From NCBI GenBank assembly GCA_035550395.1, contig DASZPF010000034.1:188-64187 (forward strand): a stretch of DNA of 64,000 nt, given 5' to 3'. Positions 31,154 to 40,189 of the stretch are shown piece by piece. The position numbers and the translations under genes are program-made. The notes under the pieces were generated by a model. That model made no database searches and was not told where the DNA came from. It saw only the letters and a program-made list of their open reading frames with translations. The first letter of the stretch is position 1. The number at the start of each line of letters is the position of its first letter. The DNA is from Acidobacteriaceae bacterium (GTDB lineage Bacteria > Acidobacteriota > Terriglobia > Terriglobales > Acidobacteriaceae).

Positions 31154-33502
31154 TTATCGTTGCTCGTGCTCTGGTAGCGCGAACGCAAAGATGTTCGCCC
31201 CGGATGCAATCGCTATATACTGCCGTCCATCCACCTCATACGTCATCGGTGAGGCCTTCATCGTGTGGCCCGTTTCAAAATGCCACAGATACTTCCCCGT
31301 CGCGGCATCCACCGCGGCAAAGCCCCCACTGCTCTCCCCGAAAAACACCAGCCCGCCGGCTGTTGAAAGCACGCCGGAGTAGTTCATCTGCACTAAACCC
31401 GGCAGATCGATCTGCCACACAACTTTACCTGTTTCGATATCGAACGCGCGAAGCACCTTTCTCGCCGGATGAGCCGGATCGTTGTATCGCCCGTAGCCGC
31501 CGTCCGCGGCCTTGCGATACACCGTGCAATCCTCCACCGTCATCACGTAATACAGCCGCGTCGCCGGACTGTACGCCGTCGAATACCAGTTCGTCGCGCC
31601 CCGCACCGCCGGACATCCCACCGCGCCCGCCGCCGTCGTCTCGTTCGCCGGCAGCAATTCCGGCAACCATGTCCTGGGATCGATGCCGCTCGCCCAGTTC
31701 AGCGAGTCCACCATGCGCGTCGCGCTCAACGGCTTCCCTGTCGTCCGGTCCAGCACATAAAGAAACCCGTTGCGGTTGGCATGCAGCAGCAGCTTGCGCG
31801 GCTGGCCATGCCATGGCGCATCCACCAGCACCAGCGGCTGGTTCGCGTCCCAGTCATGCAGATCGTGCGGCGTGTACTGGAAATACCACAGCAGCTTGCC
31901 CGTCTTCGCATCCAGGGCAAGGTCGCTGTTGGTGTATAGATTCGCTCCCGCGCGCTCGTCGCCGTCCGTATCCGGATGCGGATTCCCCACCGGCCAGTAC
32001 ACGATGCCCGCATCCGCATCGGCGCTTCCCGTCGTCCATGTCGCGCCGCCGCCCAACGACAGCGCTGTGCCCTTCCACGTATCAGCGATCGGTCCCGTAT
32101 CGCCCGGCGCGGGAATCGTCAGAAACTTCCAGACCTTCTCCCCTGTCTCTGCCTTGTACGCCGCCACAAACCCGCGGATGCCGTTGTCTCCGCCGCTCAC
32201 GCCCGTCACCACCAGGTCGCCCACCACCAGCGGCGCCGCCGTTCCGCCGAACTTCCCCGGCGCCCCCTCGGGAGTATTCACCTCCCACTCCAGCCCACCG
32301 GTCAGGCGGTTCAGCGCGATCAGATGCGCATTGTCTGTCAGATAAAACACCCGGTCGCCCAGCACCGCAACACCGCGGTTCACGCCAATCGCCGCGTCGC
32401 CGGAGATCGTCGACCCCGCACTCTTCGGGCGCTCATACCGCCATATCTCGCGACCCGTCCTTGCGCTCAGCGCAATCACTTCATTGTTGCCCGTCACATA
32501 CATCACCCCGTCAGCTACTACCGGAGTCGTCTCCAGGCCGTTGTAGTTGGTCGGATAAATCCACGCCGCCTGCAGCCTGCCCACGTTCCTGCGATTGATC
32601 TGCTCCAGCGTACTGTTGCGATTCCCGCTCAGCACGCCGTTATACGTCGGCCACTCGCCCTTCGCCGGATGCTCTACAGCCTCAATCGCCGCCGTCTGGG
32701 TCTCCGTCTCCGCACGCCGCAGCGCGCCCGGCTTCACACCGTCCAGCGTAGCCAGATATGCCAGCAGTTCACTCCGCTCCTCATCGGTCCCCGCAAACAC
32801 CGGCATCAGTGGCTTCGCATCCGGTGCGATCGATCTGTATTCGGAATCCACCAACGTCCGCAGCTCGCCATCTTCCGTCTCGAGCACCACGTCATGACTA
32901 CCCTGCGCGCGCGCCAGCCCATGCAGAGCCTTGCCGTCATTCATCGTCACCGTCACGCCTTCGTAGCCCGAAGTCATCCGCGACGACGGATCCCGCAGCT
33001 CCTGCTCCATCTGCGGCAGCCGCATGCGCAGCGCAATGTCGGACAGGTCCGGCCCGAGCGAGCCGCCCCATCCGCGCACCATGTGGCAACCATTGCACCC
33101 CCCGGAGCCAAAGAAGATTCGCTCGCCCGCCTCAGCGTCCTGCCCCGTCGCGGCCCTCCCCGCCATGCCCGCGGCTGCTGCGTTCAGCGAGCGGATATAC
33201 CGCACCAGCGCGTCCACCTCTGGCTGCGGCAGTGGAAACGCCGGCATCTTGTTCCGTCCCTTCTGGATGATCGCCGCAATCCCTGCATCCGGCATCGCAC
33301 GCAGTTCGGCAGACGACGCCAGACTCGGCGCACGATCCGTCCCGCGGCCGTCATTGCCGTGGCAAAGCGAACAAGTCTGCTGAAATACCGGCGGAGCCGC
33401 AGGCGTTCCCTGCGCCTGCACCCTGCCGATGCCAACCAGCAGCAGCGCAGCACACAATCTCATAGCATTCCGCAGTATCACGCTGACCCTCAGCGCCCTC
33501 AT
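31154..33502 (-). CDS. Quinoprotein (PQQ-type beta-propeller) dehydrogenase with two N-terminal c-type hemes
   Basis: Signal peptide; CSLCH and CNGCH; WPTYNG, VNRG, HDLHDWD, NRNGF, ASPMTY..DGRQY. Confidence 0.85.
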   Translation of the reverse strand: MRALRVSVILRNAMRLCAALLLVGIGRVQAQGTPAAPPVFQQTCSLCHGNDGRGTDRAPSLASSAELRAMPDAGIAAIIQKGRNKMPAFPLPQPEVDALVRYIRSLNAAAAGMAGRAATGQDAEAGERIFFGSGGCNGCHMVRGWGGSLGPDLSDIALRMRLPQMEQELRDPSSRMTSGYEGVTVTMNDGKALHGLARAQGSHDVVLETEDGELRTLVDSEYRSIAPDAKPLMPVFAGTDEERSELLAYLATLDGVKPGALRRAETETQTAAIEAVEHPAKGEWPTYNGVLSGNRNSTLEQINRRNVGRLQAAWIYPTNYNGLETTPVVADGVMYVTGNNEVIALSARTGREIWRYERPKSAGSTISGDAAIGVNRGVAVLGDRVFYLTDNAHLIALNRLTGGLEWEVNTPEGAPGKFGGTAAPLVVGDLVVTGVSGGDNGIRGFVAAYKAETGEKVWKFLTIPAPGDTGPIADTWKGTALSLGGGATWTTGSADADAGIVYWPVGNPHPDTDGDERAGANLYTNSDLALDAKTGKLLWYFQYTPHDLHDWDANQPLVLVDAPWHGQPRKLLLHANRNGFLYVLDRTTGKPLSATRMVDSLNWASGIDPRTWLPELLPANETTAAGAVGCPAVRGATNWYSTAYSPATRLYYVMTVEDCTVYRKAADGGYGRYNDPAHPARKVLRAFDIETGKVVWQIDLPGLVQMNYSGVLSTAGGLVFFGESSGGFAAVDAATGKYLWHFETGHTMKASPMTYEVDGRQYIAIASGANIFAFALPEHEQR

Positions 33503-34518
33503 CCGCGCAGATACGGCTTCAGATAAGCGTCTAGCGCATCGCGGACCACCTTCTTTTCCGCATCTGTCAGCGGCTCCTGCTTGCCTGAATTGCCCATCCC
33601 CGGCGTCGGTCTGGAGGCCGTATCTTCCTTGAAGATGCCGCGCGCCACCAGCACATAACGATCAGCGTTCAGGATGCTCGAGAACGCCTGCGTCCGGCCG
33701 AACATATCGAACGACTCCCGCTTCTTCCCCGCCTCCCACAGCTCCCATGCCTGCTGAAAGATGTCCGCCTGCCCCATCGTCGGGCAGAAGCCGGTAAAGC
33801 CCAGCCGCATCTCGTCCATCATCTGGCGTACGCCTTTTCCAGCGAAGATCGCCAGCTTGCCATCCGTCTTTGCGCGCAGATCGGTGACTCGCGCCAGCGG
33901 ATCTCCCGCTTCGTCCTTCACTACACGCATCGTCGGGATCGTCCGGAATAGCTGTGCCACCAGGTCTACCGACATGTTCCCGGAGGTCTGCACAAACAGC
34001 GGCAGGTCCGTCGCCGAGCCGATCGCCTTGTAGTACTCCATCACCGCCGCGTCCCCGCCCGTCGGCGGCAGCGAGCAGATCGCATTCGCGCCATGCTGTG
34101 CCGCATGCTTCGCAAAGGCAATCGCTCCCGGCAGGTCGTCGCCCTTCGTCTGCACGCCGATCACTACGGCCGCCTTGCCGCCCTTTCCCGCCGCGCACAT
34201 CGCCTCAGCTCCGGCAAAACGCTCTTCTTTGGAAAGCGTCGTCCACCCGCTCGCAATCTGCGGCCAGATCAACCCCGGCACCCTCGCCCGGTCGCAGAAC
34301 TTCACCTCCGCCGCCAGGCAGTCCAGGTCCAGTTTGTCGTCAGGAGTAAACGGGGATGCCGCGATGGGAAACAATCCTTGGAACGTCTTGCTCCCCGCCG
34401 GAGCAGCCGCAAAAAGCGACCGCGGCAGCGCCGCACTCACCGCAACGGCTCCCGCGGCCTTCACAAAGCTGCGACGGTCCAGTACAAGGCCGTCCTTCAA
34501 ATTCAATCTTGTTGTCAT
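33499..34518 (-). CDS. Dihydrodipicolinate synthase-like (class I aldolase) protein with Tat signal
   Basis: DRRSFVK Tat motif; SPFTPD, LSKEER, Schiff-base VKDE. Confidence 0.8.
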   Translation of the reverse strand: MTTRLNLKDGLVLDRRSFVKAAGAVAVSAALPRSLFAAAPAGSKTFQGLFPIAASPFTPDDKLDLDCLAAEVKFCDRARVPGLIWPQIASGWTTLSKEERFAGAEAMCAAGKGGKAAVVIGVQTKGDDLPGAIAFAKHAAQHGANAICSLPPTGGDAAVMEYYKAIGSATDLPLFVQTSGNMSVDLVAQLFRTIPTMRVVKDEAGDPLARVTDLRAKTDGKLAIFAGKGVRQMMDEMRLGFTGFCPTMGQADIFQQAWELWEAGKKRESFDMFGRTQAFSSILNADRYVLVARGIFKEDTASRPTPGMGNSGKQEPLTDAEKKVVRDALDAYLKPYLRG

Positions 34519-34599
34519 GGAGTGCGCCTCGCCGGAGTTCCGTACCGTATTACACGCGACGCATTTCCCATGTCAAACCGTTTCCAGCCGGGCAGCGAA

Positions 34600-36153
34600 C
34601 TAAGTCACCGGTGCCGGATTGAACAGCGCCATGTCGTTATGCAGTCCCCAGTGGTCGGCCCATGTCTGCCGTCGCCCGCTCGCCACGTCAAGGATCATCT
34701 CGAACAGCCGCGTTCCCACCTCCTCGATGGTCGCCTCGCCCGTGGCAATCGGTCCGGCATCCAGGTCAATCAGGTCCTTCCATCGCGCCGCCAGCGACGA
34801 CCGGGTCGCCACCTTGATCACCGGGACCATCGCCAGTCCATACGGTGTCCCTCGTCCCGTTGTGAAGACGTGCATGTTCATCCCCGCCGCCAGCTGCAGC
34901 GTTCCGCACACAAAGTCGCTCGCCGGCGTCGCGGCAAACAGCAGACCCTTCGTCTTCGCGCGCTCGCCCGGAGGCACCACACCCGCAATCGCGCTCGTTC
35001 CGGCCTTGGCTGCAGACCCCATCGCCTTCTCTACGATGTTCGTCAGGCCGCCGCGCTTGTTTCCCGGCGAAGGATTCGCGCTGCGATCCACTCCGCCCTT
35101 CGCCAGATACGCGTCATACCACGCCATCTCCCGCACCAGGTCGTGCGCCACCTGCTCGTTCGCCGCTCGAGAAGTCAGCAGGTGGATCGCGTCGCGCACC
35201 TCGCTTACCTCGCTGAACATCACTGTCGCCCCCGTGCGGACCAGCAGGTCCGTCGCATAACCCACCGCCGGGTTCGCCGTCACGCCGGAGAACGCATCGC
35301 TGCCCCCGCACTGCATCCCAACCACCAGGTCGGCGGCCGGCCGCGTTACCCTGCGCCGCCGATTCAGTTGCTCCAGCCGCGTCTCCGCCAGCTCCACAAT
35401 CGCAGCAACAATCTCTTCAAAGCTGTGCAGGGCTTCATCCTGCATCCGCACTACGTCCGGGTTCGACATCAGCACCGGCAGCTCGCTCGCCGGCATCAGC
35501 CTCACCGGCTGCAGCTTCTCGCACCCCAGGCTCACCACCATCGGCGCCCCGCCCAGGTTCGGATTCAGCGCCAGGTTGCGCAGCGTCCGGATCGGTATCT
35601 CCGCCCCCGGCGCGTCGATTGCCACCCCGCATCCATAGTGGTGTGTCAACGCAATCACGTCATCCACATTCGGAAACTTCGGCAGCAGCTCCGCCTTGAT
35701 CCTCCGTACTGCGAAATCCACCGTCGGCGCAACGCACTGCACTGTAGTCGTGATGCCCAGAATGTTCCGTGTGCCCACCGAACCGTCTTCGTTGACGTAG
35801 CCCTCGAAAGTGTAGCCTTCCAGCAGCGGCGCGGGCTTCGGTGTCTCTGTCGCCAGGGGCACATCCTCCAGATGCGGCGGCTCCGGCATCCGCATCCGCT
35901 CATCGTGCACCCAGCTCCCTCGCGGAATCGCCGCCAGCGCGTAGCCAATCGTCGCGCCATAGCGCACGATCGGCGCGCAGGCCGCAATGTCCTCCAACGC
36001 CACCTTGTGCGCCTCCGGGACATCCTCCAGCAGCGTCAGACCATCGTCAAAGCGGGTGCCTGCCTTCAGTCCGCCTTCATTCACCACAATCGCCACTGTG
36101 TCACGAGGATCGAGCTTCACATACAGGGGCCGTGTTGTCGTCGCCGTCGCCAT
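34600..36153 (-). CDS. garD: Galactarate dehydratase
   Basis: SAF domain, VGTRN, TVQCV, HHYGCG, QCGGSD, NPSPGN, FTTGRG, FNPAPVT. Confidence 0.93.
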   Translation of the reverse strand: MATATTTRPLYVKLDPRDTVAIVVNEGGLKAGTRFDDGLTLLEDVPEAHKVALEDIAACAPIVRYGATIGYALAAIPRGSWVHDERMRMPEPPHLEDVPLATETPKPAPLLEGYTFEGYVNEDGSVGTRNILGITTTVQCVAPTVDFAVRRIKAELLPKFPNVDDVIALTHHYGCGVAIDAPGAEIPIRTLRNLALNPNLGGAPMVVSLGCEKLQPVRLMPASELPVLMSNPDVVRMQDEALHSFEEIVAAIVELAETRLEQLNRRRRVTRPAADLVVGMQCGGSDAFSGVTANPAVGYATDLLVRTGATVMFSEVSEVRDAIHLLTSRAANEQVAHDLVREMAWYDAYLAKGGVDRSANPSPGNKRGGLTNIVEKAMGSAAKAGTSAIAGVVPPGERAKTKGLLFAATPASDFVCGTLQLAAGMNMHVFTTGRGTPYGLAMVPVIKVATRSSLAARWKDLIDLDAGPIATGEATIEEVGTRLFEMILDVASGRRQTWADHWGLHNDMALFNPAPVT

Positions 36154-36157
36154 TCGC

Positions 36158-37759
36158 TTACGCCTGCCCCGGTTTCCCTTCCACCAGCCGCCACAACCCC
36201 AGCGGATTGCCCTCCTGTAACCCCTCCGGCAACAAATCCGCCGGCAGGTCCTGGTAGCACACCGGCCGCAACCACCGTTCAATTGCCATCGACCCCACCG
36301 AGGTCACTCGGCTGTCCGAGGTCGAAGGTGACGGCCCACCATGCACCATCGCATGACACACCTCCACGCCCGTCGGAAACCCGTTCACGATGATCCGCCC
36401 CGCTTTGCGCTCAAGAATCGGCAGCAGCCTGCGCGCCATCGCATGATCGGCATCCGCCAGCTGCATCGTCGCCGTCAGCTGCCCGTCAAAGTGCTTCGCC
36501 ACCGCCAGCATCTCCGCCTCGTCCACGCACTCCACCAGCAGCGCTGCCGGGCCAAACACCTCTTCCAGCAGCCTCGGCGTCGCCAGAAAATGCTTCGCCG
36601 TTGTCGCAAATACCATCGCACGCCCGGCATACGGAGCATCAGTGGCCGCAGCCCCGCCGGCCACCTCCTGCACGCCGGAGTCATGCACCCACGCCGCCGC
36701 TCCTTCGCAATACGCTCCGTGGATTCCCGGGTTCAGCATCGTTGTCGCCGCCTTTGCCTCAATAGCCGCCTTCGCCGTCGTTCGCAGTCGCTCAAAGTCC
36801 GCGCTCGCGATCCCGATCGCAATCCCAGGCTTCGTGCAGAACTGCCCCGTCCCCAGCGTCACCGAATCCGCCCAGCCTTGCGCAATCTTCTCTGCCCGTT
36901 CCGCAAGTGCACCCGGCAGCAGGAACACCGGATTCACGCTGCTCATCTCGGCATACACCGGAATCGGCTCGTCACGCGCCGCCGCAAGCGCCACCAGCGC
37001 ACGCCCCACGCGCCGCGAGCCTGTAAAACCCACCGCCTGCATCGCCGGGTGCTTCACCAGCGCCTCGCCCACCGCCGCGCCGCCCACCAGCAGCGAGAAC
37101 ACGCCCTCCGGCAGACCGCACTCCGCCACAGCCTTCTGGATCACGCGCCCCGCCAGCTCCGATGTGCCCGGATGCGACGGATGCGCCTTTGCCACCACCG
37201 GACATCCCGCTGCCAGCGCCGACGCCGTATCGCCGCCCGCCACTGAAAACGCCAGTGGAAAGTTGCTCGCCCCAAACACCGCAACCGGCCCCAGCGGAAT
37301 CCGCTGCGCCCGCAGGTCCGCCCGGGGCAGCGGCTTGCGCTCCGGCATCGCGCGGTCGATCGTCGCCTGCAGCCATCGTCCCTCGCGCACCAGCGTCGCA
37401 AACAATCGCAGTTGCCCCGCCGTTCGCGCACGCTCACCCTCCACTCGGGGCCGCGGCAGCCCGGACTCCTCCATCACCCGCTCCACCAGTACATCGCCCA
37501 GATCGATCAGCCCCTGCGCAATCGTCTCCAGCAGCTTTGCTCTCTGCTCCAGCGGGGCCGCGCGAAATGCGTCGAACGCCTCCTCCGCCAGCTCGCACGC
37601 CGCATCCACATCGGCCGCCGTGCCCTCGCAGAACGTGGGCTCCATCACCTTGCCGTTGGCAGGATTCACCGCCTGCATCGCCCCGCCCGAGCCACGCACG
37701 GCCCGCGCGCCAATCAGCATCTCACCCGAAATCTCAATTGTGCTTGGCATTTCCGTCAT
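36158..37759 (-). CDS. 2,5-dioxopentanoate (alpha-ketoglutarate semialdehyde) dehydrogenase, NADP+
   Basis: [33 protein letters not shown]; aldarate operon context. Confidence 0.88.
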   Translation of the reverse strand: MTEMPSTIEISGEMLIGARAVRGSGGAMQAVNPANGKVMEPTFCEGTAADVDAACELAEEAFDAFRAAPLEQRAKLLETIAQGLIDLGDVLVERVMEESGLPRPRVEGERARTAGQLRLFATLVREGRWLQATIDRAMPERKPLPRADLRAQRIPLGPVAVFGASNFPLAFSVAGGDTASALAAGCPVVAKAHPSHPGTSELAGRVIQKAVAECGLPEGVFSLLVGGAAVGEALVKHPAMQAVGFTGSRRVGRALVALAAARDEPIPVYAEMSSVNPVFLLPGALAERAEKIAQGWADSVTLGTGQFCTKPGIAIGIASADFERLRTTAKAAIEAKAATTMLNPGIHGAYCEGAAAWVHDSGVQEVAGGAAATDAPYAGRAMVFATTAKHFLATPRLLEEVFGPAALLVECVDEAEMLAVAKHFDGQLTATMQLADADHAMARRLLPILERKAGRIIVNGFPTGVEVCHAMVHGGPSPSTSDSRVTSVGSMAIERWLRPVCYQDLPADLLPEGLQEGNPLGLWRLVEGKPGQA

Positions 37760-37825
37760 CCCGACTTCAGTCTCGCCCCTCTCCCCGCCTCTGCGCAAAC
37801 CGCTCGTCACGACCTGCGCGCCGTC

Positions 37826-39151
37826 CTACACCGGCCTCAACTCCACTCGCTTGATCTCACCCACAATCACCAGATAGCTGAAGATCGCCACCAGCGCCGT
37901 GCCGCCCACAAAGATCAGCGCATCGTTGAACGAACCCGTCTTTGCCACCAGAATCCCGATGATCGCCGGCGTCGTAATCGTCGAGAGATTGCCAAACAGG
38001 TTGAAGACTCCGCCGTTCACGCCCACAAGCTCCTTCGGCGAGGTATCGGCAATTACCGTCCAGCCCAGCGCGCCAAAGCCCTTGCCGAAGAACGCCAGCG
38101 TCATCAGAGCCATCACCATTGCCTGCTGGTTCGTATAGTTGCAACCGATCATCGTCACCGAAAGCAGCATGCCCGCAATGATCGGCGCCTTGCGCGCGAA
38201 GGTCAGCGAATAGCCGCGCCGCAGCAGCCAGTCCGAGCAAACGCCGCCCAGGATGCCGCCCGCACAGCCGGAAAGCGCCGGCAGCGCCGCCGCAAACCCC
38301 GCCTGCAGAATGCTCATGTGCCGCGCATGCACCAGGTACGACGGAAACCACGTCAGGAAGAACGTCGTCAGCGTGTTGATGCAGAACTGCCCGATGTAAA
38401 TTCCCACCAGCATGCGCTGCCCCAGCAGCATGCGAAACGCGCTCCACGTCAGCGGATTCTTCCGCACCACCTTGCCGCGGTCCATGTGCACCAGGCCGCC
38501 GCCCTGCTCAATGCAGTCGATCTCCTGCCGCGAGATATGCGGATGCTCCGGCACGCTGTAGATCGTGCGTGTCCACACAAAAGCCAGCAGCAGGCCGAAC
38601 ATGCCCATAAACCAGAAGCAGCTCTGCCAGCCGTAGCGCTGCGTCAGCCACCCGAAGAGTGGCGCAAACGCCCCCAGCGCGAAGTATTGCGACGCATTGA
38701 AGATCGCCGATGCGCGTCCCCGCTCCGCCGTGGGAAACCACGCCGCCACGATGCGTCCGTTGCCCGGAAACACCGGGCTCTGCGCCACTCCGGAGAAAAG
38801 CCGCAGCACAAAGATCGCCGTAAAGGCCCATGCCGCCGGAGCATATCCCGCCAGTCCGATCAGAAAGGCGCAGATCGACCACGCAACAATGCTGATTCCG
38901 TAAACCCGCTTCGATCCGAAACGGTCCAGCAGCCCTCCGGAAGGAAGCTGCCCGCATACATACGACCAGCCGAACCCCGACAGCAGCAGCCCGAACTTTG
39001 CGGCATTGATACCAAGCGCCTTCTGCATCGCTACGCCGCCCACGGAAAGCGCCGCGCGGTCGCCGTAGCTCGTGGCGCTCGCAATAAACAGCATCGCCAC
39101 GATCAGGTAGCGGATGTGCGTCTCGCGGTCAACCGAATCGGTGCGGCTCAC
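37826..39151 (-). CDS. gudP: Glucarate/galactarate MFS transporter (GudP/GarP-like)
   Basis: [37 protein letters not shown]. Confidence 0.85.
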   Translation of the reverse strand: MSRTDSVDRETHIRYLIVAMLFIASATSYGDRAALSVGGVAMQKALGINAAKFGLLLSGFGWSYVCGQLPSGGLLDRFGSKRVYGISIVAWSICAFLIGLAGYAPAAWAFTAIFVLRLFSGVAQSPVFPGNGRIVAAWFPTAERGRASAIFNASQYFALGAFAPLFGWLTQRYGWQSCFWFMGMFGLLLAFVWTRTIYSVPEHPHISRQEIDCIEQGGGLVHMDRGKVVRKNPLTWSAFRMLLGQRMLVGIYIGQFCINTLTTFFLTWFPSYLVHARHMSILQAGFAAALPALSGCAGGILGGVCSDWLLRRGYSLTFARKAPIIAGMLLSVTMIGCNYTNQQAMVMALMTLAFFGKGFGALGWTVIADTSPKELVGVNGGVFNLFGNLSTITTPAIIGILVAKTGSFNDALIFVGGTALVAIFSYLVIVGEIKRVELRPV

Positions 39152-40065
39152 GAGCGCCCTGCGATCAGCTTCGTCAGCGCGGCCATCTCATCGTCGCTCA
39201 GGTCCACCAGCGGCGTCCGCACCGGCCCCGCCGGCCGCCCGATCGCCCGCATCCCCGCCTTCACAATCGACACCGCATACCCCTTCTTCCGGTTGCGGAT
39301 CTCCAGATACGGAATCACCAGCTCGCGCAGCTGCTTGTATACCTCAGTGTGATCGCGCCTGCGCACCGCCGCGTAGAAGCTCTGCGCCCACTGCGGCAGA
39401 AAGTTGAAGATCGCCGACGAGTAGGTCGTCACGCCCATCTCCAGATACGGCAGCGCGAACGTCTCCGCCGTCGGCAGACCGCCTACATAGGTCAGCCGGT
39501 CGCCCAGCCGCGCATAGATGCGCGTCATCAGCTCGATATCGCCGTGCCCATCCTTGAATCCGATCAGGTTCGCGCACTTGTCCGCCAGCTTCTCCAGCCA
39601 CACATCGTTCAGGATCGCGTTGTCGCGGTTGTAGAAGATCACGCCCAGCTTCGTAGCCGCGCACACCGCCTCCACGTGCGCTGCCAGTCCAGCGGGGTCG
39701 GAGTTCAACAGATATGGCGGCAGCAGCAGAATGCTGTCCGCGCCGGCCTTCTCCGCCGCCTGCGCAAACTGCTTCGCCATCGCCGTCCCGTAACCGCAGC
39801 CCGCCAGCACCGGTACGCGCCCGTTCGTCTGTTCTACCGCCGCCGCCACCACGCGCGAAAACTCCTCCAGCGTCAGCGAAAAGAACTCGCCCGTGCCGCC
39901 TGCAGCAAACAGCCCCGCCGGCTCGTACTCCAGCAGCCACTCAATGTGCTCACGATACTTCGCCTCTTCAAACGCGCTTCCGTCCGCACTGAAGTGCGTC
40001 ACCGGAAACGACAGCAGCCCGGCGCCAATCTTCTGCGCGCACTCTTTTGGAGTCATTCGGCTCAT
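39148..40065 (-). CDS. kdgD: 5-dehydro-4-deoxyglucarate dehydratase
   Basis: [40 protein letters not shown]. Confidence 0.95.
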   Translation of the reverse strand: MSRMTPKECAQKIGAGLLSFPVTHFSADGSAFEEAKYREHIEWLLEYEPAGLFAAGGTGEFFSLTLEEFSRVVAAAVEQTNGRVPVLAGCGYGTAMAKQFAQAAEKAGADSILLLPPYLLNSDPAGLAAHVEAVCAATKLGVIFYNRDNAILNDVWLEKLADKCANLIGFKDGHGDIELMTRIYARLGDRLTYVGGLPTAETFALPYLEMGVTTYSSAIFNFLPQWAQSFYAAVRRRDHTEVYKQLRELVIPYLEIRNRKKGYAVSIVKAGMRAIGRPAGPVRTPLVDLSDDEMAALTKLIAGRS

Positions 40066-40189
40066 TGGTCTTCCTTGCTCTCGCAAATTGCGCACACTTC
40101 ATTCCGCGAGCGCCCGACCAGACTATAGAAGCCGCCGCGCAGGAAACAAGCGTCGCCCCTGCCGAAACTATTTCCCCGCCGCAACCCCT

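Noticed and set aside
34093-39352. Long + strand ORFs (766, 411 and 646 aa)
   Set aside because: Antisense shadows of garD, the aldehyde dehydrogenase and gudP; Arg/His/Ser-rich with no motifs
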